Positions 19,425-30,026 of a stretch of 64,000 nt of DNA are shown here, in pieces. The stretch is taken from positions 18,113 to 82,112 of the forward strand of contig JBBATK010000010.1 of assembly GCA_040398805.1 (NCBI GenBank), given 5' to 3'. The translations under genes were made by a program, and so were the position numbers. Position 1 is the first letter of the stretch, and each line of letters opens with the position of its first letter. This DNA comes from Candidatus Kapaibacterium sp. GTDB lineage: Bacteria > Bacteroidota > Ignavibacteria > Kapaibacteriales > NICIL-2. A model generated the notes under the pieces. It had not been told where the DNA came from, searched no databases, and saw only the letters and a program-made list of their open reading frames with translations.

Positions 19425-20078
19425 ATGTCCTCACGGGTCTTCATTCTCTCCATCCTCTCCGTTTCCTTTGCGTGGTTCCTTCTGTTCTCCGGTGCCACAG
19501 ATCTCTCTGCGCAGCTGGTAGCAAACCACTTCTGGTCCGGGATGGCAGGTGTCTGCGTCCTCATGATGCTGTTTGTCGTTCGCACGCACGGTTCCGCCGT
19601 GAGGGCACTGCTCCGGATTCCGCGCGACGCGGCTGCACACGTCGTCGGTAGTAGCCTTGTCCACGGTGTGCTCTGGGCCGCATTGTCGGTGATCGGTCTT
19701 CTCCTTCTTCGCGCTCACGTACCGCTGCTTGGCTCGTATGCAGAGCGGATCTTTGCGGTGAGTTCACAAGTACACGTGTCCATTTCAGCTTTTTTACTCA
19801 TCCTGCTCATTGCGCCGGCGGAGGAGATTTACTGGCGTGGATACGTCATGGATGTCATGACCGATCGTGTGGGCTCGGCGCGCGCGCCCCTGGCCATGGC
19901 GGCCTTGGACGCCGCTGTCCATGCGGCCACGGGCAATATCCTGCTTGTGGGTGCGGCCGCGGCGCTTGGTCTGCAATGGGGATATCTTCGCCGGCGCACC
20001 GGATCCCTTGTTCCCTGCATCGTCTCTCATGCCGTGTGGGATCTCATCGTCTTCGTTCTCTATCCTGCGCTTTTCTGA
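19425..20078 (+). CDS. CPBP (CAAX) family intramembrane metalloprotease
   Basis: Motif 1 EEIYWRGY. Later conserved His-containing helices (SHAVWDL). Multi-pass hydrophobic. Start chosen at MSSRVFIL. Confidence 0.7.
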   Translation: MSSRVFILSILSVSFAWFLLFSGATDLSAQLVANHFWSGMAGVCVLMMLFVVRTHGSAVRALLRIPRDAAAHVVGSSLVHGVLWAALSVIGLLLLRAHVPLLGSYAERIFAVSSQVHVSISAFLLILLIAPAEEIYWRGYVMDVMTDRVGSARAPLAMAALDAAVHAATGNILLVGAAAALGLQWGYLRRRTGSLVPCIVSHAVWDLIVFVLYPALF

Positions 20079-20119
20079 AACTCGGAAAGGACCCGTGCGG
20101 GTGCTTCCGCAGGCAGCCC

Positions 20120-21679
20120 TCATCGTGCGGGTTTCTCGTCGGGCATGGCATCGGTTTTCCTGATGCGGGGTTGCAAGCGACGTTTGCCGATTCCCAGTGC
20201 TACGGAAATGCGCCGCGACCCTTGGTTCGGGGCATGGGTGACGAGTGCGTCGCCGACGAGCATCTGCGCCGAGCCGCCGCCATCAAGATTCATGGCCGTA
20301 TAGGCACCGAACCGCTTCATGAATTCGCCGAGCTCGGCAAGGGTGAACCCGACGGAGCGGGAATTGTTTTCGACGGTCGCCATGTAGAACGTATTCCGCG
20401 TGATGTCCGTCCCGATTGCCGTGCGTGCCAGTCGCTGAAGGAAGAACCGGTCTCTGCCGCTGTTCAGCGGACGCAGATCCTTGCTGATGGCGCCGTTGGA
20501 GACAAGGATAGGGGTGCCGCACACGGAATTCGTGAACACGATGCTGTCGCGCCGGCTGGTCTTGTAGCGCAGCACGAGCGTATCTCCGGCGCGCACGTTG
20601 CACTCACGCGCCAAGCCCTGTCCCATCGATATGACACACCCGCGAAGAGGCATGCTCACACTGCCGCTGTCGGCAACGTCGAGGACAAGGAGCGGGATAT
20701 CCTGATTCACCGCCGGAGAGCGCAGGTAGCGGGCGCGGATCTTGACGGTGGAATATTCAGCGGATGCTTCCTGGCGTTCTTTGACGAGGAGAGCGCGGAC
20801 CGAGTCTCGGGAGAGCTCGATATCGGACGAGTCGCGCACCATGGCGGTGGAGTCGGACGTCTGTTCGGCGACCAACTGCTCGATGAATTTCTCGGGAACC
20901 ACAGGAACCGTCTGACCCGCGAAGGAATTGAACACGACCACGGAGTCGGGCGCGACGCGCCGGTTGACCGAACGGACGGGAAGTCGTTGTCCGTTGCCGA
21001 ACCGTATGGTGGCAAACAAGGTGATGGAGTCGATGACAGGACGATTCCGCGCGTCGAAGAGACAGGTCACCCAATCCTTGTACGGGAGCAGCTCGCACAC
21101 TTCGCCATTGCATACGGTGGGTCCGATCGGCGTGGTGGTGACGGCGCGCCAGAAGTGGGCGTTCACGGCCGCGTACAGCGTCTTGTTCTCCACAGTGTCG
21201 AGACGGGAACGGAAGTCCCGTAAGCGTTCCAAAGCGGAGGCTTGATTCTCGGCCTTGATGGTCATGACGCTATACTCCGGATTTCGAAGAACGCACGTGA
21301 GGGCATGGACGACGGACACGGTGCCATCGGCGTGCGTGGCGCGGATCTGGCGGTAGATCACTCCTTCCGTGACAATGGAGTCGCGGACGATGGTGATGGA
21401 CGACAGTGCTTTGGGAACACGTGCCTCTGCGCGGGCGCGCGCAATCTCTCGACGCCGTGCCGCACGCGAACGAGCGGAGGTCTTCTTCCCTTTCTTCTTC
21501 GACGATGAGGTGACGGCGGAGCGTGCAGAGCGGGTCCCGGAAGACGTCGAGCGCTTCTTCGTCCGCGCCGAGAGGTCGGACGTGCTCGCAAGGAAACACA
21601 GGGAGATACCGACAAAGAGCGCGATGATCGCACCGCGGTCCGGATGAAAGAGACGACTTAGCCGAGAAGTGAATTCCAT
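20120..21679 (-). CDS. Phosphodiester glycosidase family protein (DUF2233, NAGPA-like) with N-terminal transmembrane anchor and K/R/S-rich linker
   Basis: C-terminal half FTLAELGEFMKRFGAYTAMNLDGGGSAQMLV is a DUF2233 signature. Start chosen at MEFTSRL, giving a 21-nt overlap with the upstream gene. Confidence 0.6.
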   Translation of the reverse strand: MEFTSRLSRLFHPDRGAIIALFVGISLCFLASTSDLSARTKKRSTSSGTRSARSAVTSSSKKKGKKTSARSRAARRREIARARAEARVPKALSSITIVRDSIVTEGVIYRQIRATHADGTVSVVHALTCVLRNPEYSVMTIKAENQASALERLRDFRSRLDTVENKTLYAAVNAHFWRAVTTTPIGPTVCNGEVCELLPYKDWVTCLFDARNRPVIDSITLFATIRFGNGQRLPVRSVNRRVAPDSVVVFNSFAGQTVPVVPEKFIEQLVAEQTSDSTAMVRDSSDIELSRDSVRALLVKERQEASAEYSTVKIRARYLRSPAVNQDIPLLVLDVADSGSVSMPLRGCVISMGQGLARECNVRAGDTLVLRYKTSRRDSIVFTNSVCGTPILVSNGAISKDLRPLNSGRDRFFLQRLARTAIGTDITRNTFYMATVENNSRSVGFTLAELGEFMKRFGAYTAMNLDGGGSAQMLVGDALVTHAPNQGSRRISVALGIGKRRLQPRIRKTDAMPDEKPAR

Positions 21680-22272
21680 TTCAAGATTCCGTTCACGCGC
21701 TGTCCTCGATCCACTCGAAGCATCGACGCATGAAAGTGCTGAAGAAAATTTAGTTGTTGGGCTTGCGAAAGCCCCGAAAAGAACCGTTGTATCCATATCT
21801 CCTCCGTGAAGAACGTACCGAAGACAAGGCACAGGGCACAGACAACCACCGAATACGTCAGATGACTCCTCTGCTCCGGCATGATGAGGACGGAGAGAAG
21901 GAACACGATGACGAGGACACACATGCCAAGCTTCTCTATGGAATCCATGAGCGCTCTCGTCGCACTGACCGAAGGCAGGGTCCGCCGCTGCAGCCGGTAC
22001 TGGGTCAACGTCCAGCTCACACCCAGACAGCTCAAAGCCAGACCGATCATGGTTTGAAGCCGGAAATCGGCACCATGATATCCGACGATGACGGAGAGGG
22101 CGGAGAGAACGATGAGATACTCGATCCGGCGACGTTGCTGCTTGCGCTGAAGTTCTTCAGCTATACCTGATCTCATATCCGGAGTGGAAGGAAGTGCACA
22201 TGAAACGAAAGCTCTTCGTGAAGCAACGCTGCATCCTGCATGTCCGCCTGTCAATTTAGTAATTTTGCGCAT
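21658..22272 (-). CDS. Hypothetical polytopic membrane protein
   Basis: Three or four hydrophobic helices and GC3-rich codon usage. I recognise no family. Confidence 0.4.
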   Translation of the reverse strand: MRKITKLTGGHAGCSVASRRAFVSCALPSTPDMRSGIAEELQRKQQRRRIEYLIVLSALSVIVGYHGADFRLQTMIGLALSCLGVSWTLTQYRLQRRTLPSVSATRALMDSIEKLGMCVLVIVFLLSVLIMPEQRSHLTYSVVVCALCLVFGTFFTEEIWIQRFFSGLSQAQQLNFLQHFHASMLRVDRGQRVNGILKWNSLLG

Positions 22273-22280
22273 CCTATTCG

Positions 22281-23081
22281 TTGAACAACTCTTCGCATGT
22301 CATGACCTTCAGCACCTTGCTTCTGGAAATACACGACTCCGTCGCCACCATCACCCTCAACCGTCCGGAAAAACTCAACGCCCTCAATGCCCGGCTGCTG
22401 TCTGACTTGGACGACGCGCTGACCTATCTGGCGGACCAATCCACCGTGCGTTGCGTGGTGGTGACAGGGAGCGGGCCCAAAGCGTTCGCCGCGGGCGCGG
22501 ACATCTCCGAACTCGCTGCGTGTACGAGCGAGCAGGGGCGGACGTTTTCCGATCGCGGTCAGAAGATCTTCCAACGTCTCGAGGACTTCCCTGTTCCCGT
22601 CATCGCTGCTGTCAACGGCTTCGCCCTTGGCGGGGGATGCGAGCTTGCCATGGCATGCCACATCCGGTATGCCGCAGACACCGCCAGATTCGGTCAGCCG
22701 GAGGTGAAACTCGGGACCATTCCCGGCTACGGCGGAACGCAACGTCTGCTGCGTCTTGCCGGAAGCGCCGTGGCCATCGAACTCATGACCAGCGCCGATA
22801 TGATGAGCGCGGAACGGGCCCTGCGGTGCGGTCTTGTCAACGAGATCTTCCCTGCGGCAGAGGTGCTCCCGGCCGCTCAGGCTCTGGCCTCGCGCATCGC
22901 CTCGATGGCACCGCTGGCCGTGCAGGCCGTCATGGACTGCGTGCGGACGACGTTCTCGATGCACGCCGCGGGTATGGCCACCGAGCGCGACCGGTTCGCC
23001 CATCTCTGCGACACCGTCGACTTCCGCGAAGGGACCTCGGCCTTCTTGGAAAAGCGAAGCGCCACGTTCACGGGATCGTGA
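22281..23081 (+). CDS. Enoyl-CoA hydratase/isomerase (crotonase family)
   Basis: ITLNRPEKLNAL, AAVNGFALGGGCELAMACHIRYA, oxyanion-hole residues. Confidence 0.85.
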   Translation: MNNSSHVMTFSTLLLEIHDSVATITLNRPEKLNALNARLLSDLDDALTYLADQSTVRCVVVTGSGPKAFAAGADISELAACTSEQGRTFSDRGQKIFQRLEDFPVPVIAAVNGFALGGGCELAMACHIRYAADTARFGQPEVKLGTIPGYGGTQRLLRLAGSAVAIELMTSADMMSAERALRCGLVNEIFPAAEVLPAAQALASRIASMAPLAVQAVMDCVRTTFSMHAAGMATERDRFAHLCDTVDFREGTSAFLEKRSATFTGS

Positions 23082-24346
23082 TGATGTGGATGATCCATCT
23101 CCTCTATAACCTCCTTGCGGTTCCCCTGCTCGCGTCCGCCTACGGGGTCCTCATCCTTGTGAACACGAAAGTCCGCGAACGTTTCCGCATGGTGCGACGC
23201 TCCCATGAAGCGCTTCCTGCATCGTCGTCCGCCGTACCCACCCTGTGGTTCCACGCCGCGAGCATGGGCGAGTTCGAGCAGGCCAAACCCGTTATCGAAC
23301 GGCTAAAGAACCTCCGCGAGAATGTTCGGATCATCGTCAGTTTCAGTTCGCCGTCCGGCTACCGTTCCCAACATTCCTATCCATACGCGGACGCGGTCAT
23401 CTACCTGCCTTTCGATGCCTCATGGAGCATGCGGAAGCTTGTTCGTCGTGTCTCCCCCGACGTGTTCGTCTGCCTGCGGTACGACCTGTGGTGGAATCTT
23501 GCGTGGCACCTACGGCGCAACGGTACACCCATCCTACTTCTCAATGCCACCTCCACGCGCTCCGGCGCTCTGCGCCGCTTTCCCGGTCGAAGCTTCATGA
23601 CGCACCTGCTTGGCATGTGTTCCACGATCGTCACCGCCAATGAGGTGGAGACGGAACGGTTCAGAGCATTCGGACTGACATCGGAAATCATCACGGGATC
23701 GGATACACGGTACGACAGGATACGTTCCGCCGTGGCCTCGGCCGCTCCGCACGAAGGGTGGTTCCATGGTGCGGATAACGATGAATCCTTGGTTCTCGTT
23801 GCGGGCAGTGTGTGGCACGAGGACGCCGTGCGATGCGGCATCGACGGGAGCATCGCCGACAGGCATCCGGATCTTCGGCTGATCATCGTTCCCCACGAAG
23901 TGGACGAACGGAGCTTGCGCGAATGGGAAGAGAGGATTCGCGGCATCATGCGCGTGTCGACAATGCGGACATCGACCGCGGACATCGCTCCGCGGCATAT
24001 CCTTGTCGATACGATGGGAGAATTGTTGTCCTTCTACCGATATGCTCACGTCGCCTATGTGGGTGGCGGCTTCGGAAGCGGCGTGCACAGTGTGGCGGAA
24101 CCCGCGGCCTATGGGATTCCCGTTGCCTGCGGTCCGCTGACGCGTAACAGTCCGGATGTGGAACGCCTGCGGTCGGTGAATGGTTGCGAGATCGTCGCCT
24201 CCATGCACGACTTTGATGCGTGGATACAAGCCATGACCGACGAGGAGAATCGACGGAGAGTGGGTGCGGCCAACGCAGCGGTCATCGCGGCCGCAGCGGG
24301 AGCGACGGAATCGGCCGTCGCGATGATCGAACGCTATCTACCGTGA
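23081..24346 (+). CDS. 3-deoxy-D-manno-octulosonic acid transferase-like glycosyltransferase (KdtA/WaaA family)
   Basis: N-terminal membrane anchor, WFHAASMGEF, C-terminal GT-B fold motifs (VGGGF). The start ATG overlaps the crotonase stop (TGATG). The tracked ORF from 22451 is the same frame extended upstream across the crotonase gene. Confidence 0.75.
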   Translation: MMWMIHLLYNLLAVPLLASAYGVLILVNTKVRERFRMVRRSHEALPASSSAVPTLWFHAASMGEFEQAKPVIERLKNLRENVRIIVSFSSPSGYRSQHSYPYADAVIYLPFDASWSMRKLVRRVSPDVFVCLRYDLWWNLAWHLRRNGTPILLLNATSTRSGALRRFPGRSFMTHLLGMCSTIVTANEVETERFRAFGLTSEIITGSDTRYDRIRSAVASAAPHEGWFHGADNDESLVLVAGSVWHEDAVRCGIDGSIADRHPDLRLIIVPHEVDERSLREWEERIRGIMRVSTMRTSTADIAPRHILVDTMGELLSFYRYAHVAYVGGGFGSGVHSVAEPAAYGIPVACGPLTRNSPDVERLRSVNGCEIVASMHDFDAWIQAMTDEENRRRVGAANAAVIAAAAGATESAVAMIERYLP

Positions 24347-24361
24347 GAGGTCGACCCGCGT

Positions 24362-25195
24362 TCACGCGGTTTTCGTGGAAGCGGATCGCGCCAAAAGAGC
24401 CATGCCGGCGAGGGCGAGTCCGACACCTATCCATTGCGCTTGGGAGAGACCGCCATACAGGGGATTGAGTCGAAGGAATTCTACGAGAAATCGCTCCAAC
24501 CCGGCACCCACCAGGTACCAAGCGAACACGCGACCTTCTTGCGTTTGGCCGATACGCTGTTGCAAACGATACAAGAAAAGAAAGATGACAAGACAGGCGA
24601 GCGTTTCATAGACGGGCGTGGGATGAACGGTGATGTCGACGGGCACGGGGAGTCCGGGATTCATCTCCATCCATTTCGATGCGAGTTCGGGATTAAGAGC
24701 GGACAGGGTGGGCACGGTGCCGTTCGGGTAGGACATGGACCACGGCAAGGTGGACGGGATGCCGTAGTCGCCGTCGCCCGCGAGCTGGCATCCTATGCGG
24801 CCGATGCCATAGGCAAGGATCAATCCGGGAGCGGCGACGTCCGCAAGGTACAAGAACGACATCCCTTTGCGTCGGACATACACGTAAATGCAGGCGATCG
24901 CCATCAACAAGCCGCCGAAGAAGGTCAAACCCGATCCGCTGAACACTTCGGCGAGTCCGTTGCGAAGGAGCAGGTCGGGATTTTCCAAAAGGTGGAAGAG
25001 TTTAGAGCCCGACACACCGGCCACGAGGGCGATAAGGGTGATCGTGGACGAGAACGCTGCGGCTTTCTCTTCGTTCTTCCAGCGGCGACGTAATTCATGG
25101 TTCAGCAAGGCGTTCGCCGTAAGGAAGGCGATGGCCATCATGAGACCGAAGCTGTACACGGGAATGGGGCCGATATGAAAGAGTTCTGGACGCAT
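24362..25195 (-). CDS. lgt: Prolipoprotein diacylglyceryl transferase
   Basis: Lgt signature (GPIPVYSFGLMMAIAF, GRIGCQLAGDGDYG) and seven transmembrane helices. Confidence 0.9.
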   Translation of the reverse strand: MRPELFHIGPIPVYSFGLMMAIAFLTANALLNHELRRRWKNEEKAAAFSSTITLIALVAGVSGSKLFHLLENPDLLLRNGLAEVFSGSGLTFFGGLLMAIACIYVYVRRKGMSFLYLADVAAPGLILAYGIGRIGCQLAGDGDYGIPSTLPWSMSYPNGTVPTLSALNPELASKWMEMNPGLPVPVDITVHPTPVYETLACLVIFLFLYRLQQRIGQTQEGRVFAWYLVGAGLERFLVEFLRLNPLYGGLSQAQWIGVGLALAGMALLARSASTKTA

Positions 25196-25709
25196 GGTAT
25201 CCTTCGAAAAAAAAAGTTTTCGTCGAGACGATGAGGGCTGTCGTCGCGACGGACCCGCGACAGGCGCACAAACGCCTGCCTACGGGTGTCGCCGGATGCG
25301 TAAACTAACATCCGCACAGGGTAGGCGGCAAAGGACTTTACCCGAACGACGCCGGGAAATGGACGGACGAAAGGATGCTGTCCGAACGTTGCCGTCCTCT
25401 CGCGAAAAAAGATTCGGTCATTGTACTATTCCGTGGTAGATTCACGCATGCACGCGACGCTGTTCGTGACCTCCCATGCGGATGTCAAGCCCAAGCGCGT
25501 GTGAGAGTGGCAGACGATCGTTACTGCACGCACGGGAAGAACACGGAGACATCGGAAGACGCAACGGGGACGGGGAGAAGATGGAGACTCTGGCGATGCA
25601 GTGAAACGTCGCAACGAACGGATGAGGTAGGGATACGCACCGCGTGCGGTTTCCGACGTCCGTACTGAACCTTGATGATACTTTTTCCAACATCTTACCT
25701 AGGAGTTCC

Positions 25710-28700
25710 ATGAACGCCTCGATTACCAACAACGTGCTTCGCGTGCTCGCCGTGTGCGCACTCATGCTCACGAATGCACTCTTCGCTCAAACCGGCAAGG
25801 AGATCCTTGAAGGCCGTGAGTTCTATTTCGGTGTTCCCCACTGCGACGTCCAGTCGGGTGAGGGAGCGCGCGGAAATCCCATTCAGCTGTGGATTTCCTG
25901 CAAGGTCCAGACCCGCGTCTCGGTGACCGTACCGAGAACGGGCATGAACATCGGCAACTACGTGATCCAGCCGAAGAAGGTGCAGATCCTTCCCGTACCG
26001 CAATCGCTGATGAACACGATCACGGGCGTGACCGATAACGGTATCTACATCAAATCGGACGATCCCATCACCGTGACGGTGTATGTGAGCTACAAATGGA
26101 CGGGCGAAGCGTATCGCGTTATTCCTGCGGAGGTTTTGGGCAAACGGTATTTCACCCTCAACATGTATCAGGACAAGACAGAGCGTGAACGTCCCGCACA
26201 GCTGTTGGTCGTGGCCACGAAGGATAACACGGTTGTGAGTGTTTCGCCCAAGACCCTGACGGAAGACGGCGTACCGGCAGGAGGATCGAAGAACTACAAG
26301 TTGATGAGAGGTCAGACACTGCTCGTCAAGGCGAAGATCCAGCCCGGTAAGGACCTCGATTGGTCGACGGACCTGACGGGAACGAAGATCATCGCAACGA
26401 GTCCGGTGGCTGTGTTCTCCGGTCACACCAAAGGGGCATTCCCCCGCTTCCAAGCGACGATGCTTGGCACACCCGCGAACTTCATGCGGAACATGATGAT
26501 GGATGCCATGTGGCCGGTGGAATTCCTCGGTAAGGAGTATTTCTCCGCGCCGATCATGTACACCGACAGACCACGCGCGAATTTCGACCTGGATTCGTGG
26601 GGCGACCTTATCCGCATCGTCGCCACGGAGGACAATACCATCGTGTACACGAAAACCTGTGGCGGACCCAATCCCGATGCCGATTACCAACCGCGATATC
26701 CCGCTTTGAAGGCCGGACAGGAGTATCGTATCGACAGCCAGGAATGGCCTGCACTGTATCGCGCCAGCAAGCCGGTCCTTGTGGGTCAATACGGTAAGGC
26801 ATGGCGATTGAACCAGGTGCAGGGAACAGGTAAGACGAATGATGGACAGAACCCTTCACGTAACGGTCAGGGAATGATGTACGTCCTTACTCCCGAGGAG
26901 CAATGGTCGACCTACACGACATTCTATTCGCCCGAGACGATTGACAACTTCGTCATGGTCACCTTCTACACGGCCGATCGCGGCAAGCTCATGTTCGACG
27001 GAGCTCCGATCAATGCAAAATTCGGCAGCTACATCAAGCAGGTCTCCGGTTCGAACAAGAGCTATATCGTTGCGCCGGTCTCCGCCGGTAGTCATACCAT
27101 CGAAGGTGCGAAATTCACGGCGTATGTGTACGGCAACTGGGACCGGACGAAGGACGGTTTCGCCTACGGTTATCCGACAGGTGTGAATTTCACGCAAACG
27201 TGTCCCGATACGATCCTCGTCAATGCAACGATCAACTGCGGCATTGTTACGGGATTGGCGCAGATCAAGCCTGACACGTCCTCCTGCAGTTCGATCTTTT
27301 CCGTGGAGCTCGACAATTCCGCGTCGACAAACTTCCGCCTGGATTTGGATCCGAACTTCGAAAGCGGTCAGATGAAAGCTGCCTTCACCGCCTCGGTCAT
27401 CGACCCGACGAAGGACGCACATGTTCGCATCATAGCGGTCTCGCGCTCCGGAAAGGAATCGACCGTCGAGTTCGACTATGTAGCGGAGGCGATCGCCGCC
27501 AAGCCGACCATTGTGGACTTCGGCACGTTGGCTATCAATACCGACTCATCGGCGAATATCAAATTGACGAATGTCTCGAAGACGGAGACGGTCGTGAAGA
27601 ACGTGTTCCTTCGAAACAAGGTACCGCAGTTCACCATCGTACCTCAGCAGTTTCCACGGTCGTTGGAGCCGGGTGAGTCCATGACGGTCACGGTCGTTGC
27701 GCGCACAGCGGAGAAACTCACGACCACCCTCAAGGACAGCGTCATTGCAGAACTTTCCTGCTACGAAAGCCCGGTTGCGCTGCTCTTGTTGAGCGGCGGC
27801 ACACCGTGCGTCCGTGTTTCCGACGTCGTATTCCCTCCGTCGCCGGTGAACGTCGAAGCCGGTCCTCGTCAGTGTGTCATTTCGAACACGAGCAAGGTCG
27901 ACGCGACCATCAGCAAGATCACGGTACCCGATGATGCCTCGGGCAAGAAGTTCCGTCATGATCTCAAACTGCCTTTCAAATTGGTCGCCGGACAATCGCA
28001 GAGCTTCAATGTGTGGTACACGCCGTCGGACCTGACGACAAAGGACAATATCAATGTCGTGTTGGAAACGAATGGTGAGCCCTCATGTACGGATAACGAA
28101 TCGGCGTGGTCCGGCAGCGGACTCGATGCGGGTCCGAAGATCACCGATTACGACTTCCGCGTCGTGCGTGTTCTTGACACGTACAATCGCACAGTCAATG
28201 GCGTCACGGAATACAAGGGTACCGTCACGATCGATGCTTTCGGTAACGATCCCTTACAGAACCCCCGCATCACCGTCGCGCAGATCACCGCGCCGACGGG
28301 TGCCGATGCGACCACGGCAATCGTCCTCACGACTGCAGGGATCCCCTCGCAGCTGTTCCCGAACAATCCGTTCAATATCCCCGTCTCATTCCGTCCGGAC
28401 GTCGTTGGTGATTACGGCCTGCGCGTAACGCTGACGGCGGATTTCAACGGCGAACCGCGCGTCGTGTCCAGTACGGTCATCGGCCGGGCTGTCGTTCCTA
28501 TCGAAGACTCCTTGGGTCACACCTTCCCTACGACGAACATCGGCGCCACCGCACCTGCGGGCAACGTAGTGATCTACAATTCGGGAACGATGGATCTGAC
28601 CATCAAGTACTTGAGCATCGACAAGACCCTCGACGCGAACAATTCGTTCAGTATCGATCCGGCCTGGCTGGCAACGAACCTTGGCGGTGGCAAGACCATC

Positions 28701-30002
28701 ACCGTACCGGCGATGAGCAACTCCGTACCGGGTAGCATCAACGTGCCTGTAACGTTCACCGCACGTGTAGCCGGCGTGCAGTCCACGCGCGTCGTCGTCG
28801 ACTGCGATCTCGACGCATCGGAAATCCGCCACCCGCAGATTTTCGGTAGAGGTCAACCCAACATCAAAGTCGTTCCGGATTCTTTGGACTTCGGCGACGT
28901 GGCCAAGTGTGCAAGCAGCACGAACACGACGACAGTGAAGCTGCGGAATGAAAGCGATGTCGCGCTGACCATCAAGGACATCGTTCAATCCGGTGACTTC
29001 GCCATGTTCGAAGTGGATCTTGCCTCCAAGAACGCCCTGATCGGTTCGGTCATCCAGCCGCGCAGTGTCTCGGGTGCCCTCACGGTCACCTTCCGCGCTC
29101 CCAACACGGCAGGCCAGGAGCGTGCACGCGAACCCCACACCTTCGCTGAAGGAAACGGTGTCACGTGGAGCTGCGTAGGAACGAACGGCGAAGAGAACCA
29201 GCAGTTCTCCGGTCTGGCCGGTACGGCGATTCCGACCACGGTACTCGTCACGACCTTGCCCTCGAACAATTCCGGCGGATACCGGATCGAATCCTCGCGC
29301 TACAATCAGCCCGTCACTATGGAGTTCAACCTTCGCAGTAATCCCGAACCCGTCGATATCGCCGGTGTCACGTCGTTCCACGCATACATCAAGTACGACG
29401 CCTCGGTCCTGGAGCCCGTCCTGGATGCTTCATCCATCGGGCTGCGCGGAACCCTCTGCGACGGCTGGCGCGTGGGCAGAGTCCTGGACGTCAACGATGT
29501 CCTTGATGTGGAACTCATCCAAGACGATGCGAGCAAGATCCTTCGTGGTGCGGGAACCTTGTTCACCTTCCAGATGAAGGGCTTCTTCTCATTATTGCCG
29601 CAGGAGTCGGCCATCCTGGGTGCGGACATGTACGCCAACAAGTACACTGGCTGCTTGAATGTCGATAATGCGCCTTCGGTTGTCACGTTCCTTGGCGGTT
29701 GCGTCGCCGATCTGCGTCACGCGAATGTCTCCATAGGCGGCTATGCCCTTCGCGCTCCTCAACCGAATCCGGTCAATTCCACGACGAAGCTGAACTTCAA
29801 CGTGGGCTTGGATGCTCCCACCACGATCACCATTTATAATAGCCTTGGCGAAGTCCAGGTGGTCGCGGTCAACGGCGAGATGAAGGCCGGTTCCTACGAA
29901 GTGACCTTGGACCTGTCGTCTCTTCCGACGGGCACGTATTTCTGCAGAATGGTATCGGGTCCGTGGGTGAGCCCGGCGGTATCCATCTCGGTTCAGAAAT
30001 AA
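25710..30002 (+). CDS. Giant secreted T9SS cargo protein B (1430 aa): signal peptide, IgGFc-binding-like N-domain, ASH/DUF1573-like repeats, cohesin-like module, type-A T9SS C-terminal sorting domain
   Basis: Start at MNASITNNVLRVLAVCALMLTNALFAQ, preceded by AGGAG. Paralogous to protein A in the N-terminal 450 aa. Repeats IVDFGTLAINTD..., and similar. CTD ...GSYEVTLDLSSLPTGTYFCRMVSG...ISVQK. Confidence 0.8.
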   Translation: MNASITNNVLRVLAVCALMLTNALFAQTGKEILEGREFYFGVPHCDVQSGEGARGNPIQLWISCKVQTRVSVTVPRTGMNIGNYVIQPKKVQILPVPQSLMNTITGVTDNGIYIKSDDPITVTVYVSYKWTGEAYRVIPAEVLGKRYFTLNMYQDKTERERPAQLLVVATKDNTVVSVSPKTLTEDGVPAGGSKNYKLMRGQTLLVKAKIQPGKDLDWSTDLTGTKIIATSPVAVFSGHTKGAFPRFQATMLGTPANFMRNMMMDAMWPVEFLGKEYFSAPIMYTDRPRANFDLDSWGDLIRIVATEDNTIVYTKTCGGPNPDADYQPRYPALKAGQEYRIDSQEWPALYRASKPVLVGQYGKAWRLNQVQGTGKTNDGQNPSRNGQGMMYVLTPEEQWSTYTTFYSPETIDNFVMVTFYTADRGKLMFDGAPINAKFGSYIKQVSGSNKSYIVAPVSAGSHTIEGAKFTAYVYGNWDRTKDGFAYGYPTGVNFTQTCPDTILVNATINCGIVTGLAQIKPDTSSCSSIFSVELDNSASTNFRLDLDPNFESGQMKAAFTASVIDPTKDAHVRIIAVSRSGKESTVEFDYVAEAIAAKPTIVDFGTLAINTDSSANIKLTNVSKTETVVKNVFLRNKVPQFTIVPQQFPRSLEPGESMTVTVVARTAEKLTTTLKDSVIAELSCYESPVALLLLSGGTPCVRVSDVVFPPSPVNVEAGPRQCVISNTSKVDATISKITVPDDASGKKFRHDLKLPFKLVAGQSQSFNVWYTPSDLTTKDNINVVLETNGEPSCTDNESAWSGSGLDAGPKITDYDFRVVRVLDTYNRTVNGVTEYKGTVTIDAFGNDPLQNPRITVAQITAPTGADATTAIVLTTAGIPSQLFPNNPFNIPVSFRPDVVGDYGLRVTLTADFNGEPRVVSSTVIGRAVVPIEDSLGHTFPTTNIGATAPAGNVVIYNSGTMDLTIKYLSIDKTLDANNSFSIDPAWLATNLGGGKTITVPAMSNSVPGSINVPVTFTARVAGVQSTRVVVDCDLDASEIRHPQIFGRGQPNIKVVPDSLDFGDVAKCASSTNTTTVKLRNESDVALTIKDIVQSGDFAMFEVDLASKNALIGSVIQPRSVSGALTVTFRAPNTAGQERAREPHTFAEGNGVTWSCVGTNGEENQQFSGLAGTAIPTTVLVTTLPSNNSGGYRIESSRYNQPVTMEFNLRSNPEPVDIAGVTSFHAYIKYDASVLEPVLDASSIGLRGTLCDGWRVGRVLDVNDVLDVELIQDDASKILRGAGTLFTFQMKGFFSLLPQESAILGADMYANKYTGCLNVDNAPSVVTFLGGCVADLRHANVSIGGYALRAPQPNPVNSTTKLNFNVGLDAPTTITIYNSLGEVQVVAVNGEMKAGSYEVTLDLSSLPTGTYFCRMVSGPWVSPAVSISVQK

Positions 30003-30026
30003 GGTCGGATTCCTCTCAAGTAAAAC

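Noticed and set aside
22451-23080. The 5' 630 nt of tracked ORF 22451-24346
   Set aside because: This stretch overlaps the crotonase gene in another frame and translates to Arg/Gly-rich low-complexity sequence. The genuine KdtA-like protein begins at the in-frame ATG at 23081 with a membrane-anchor sequence.
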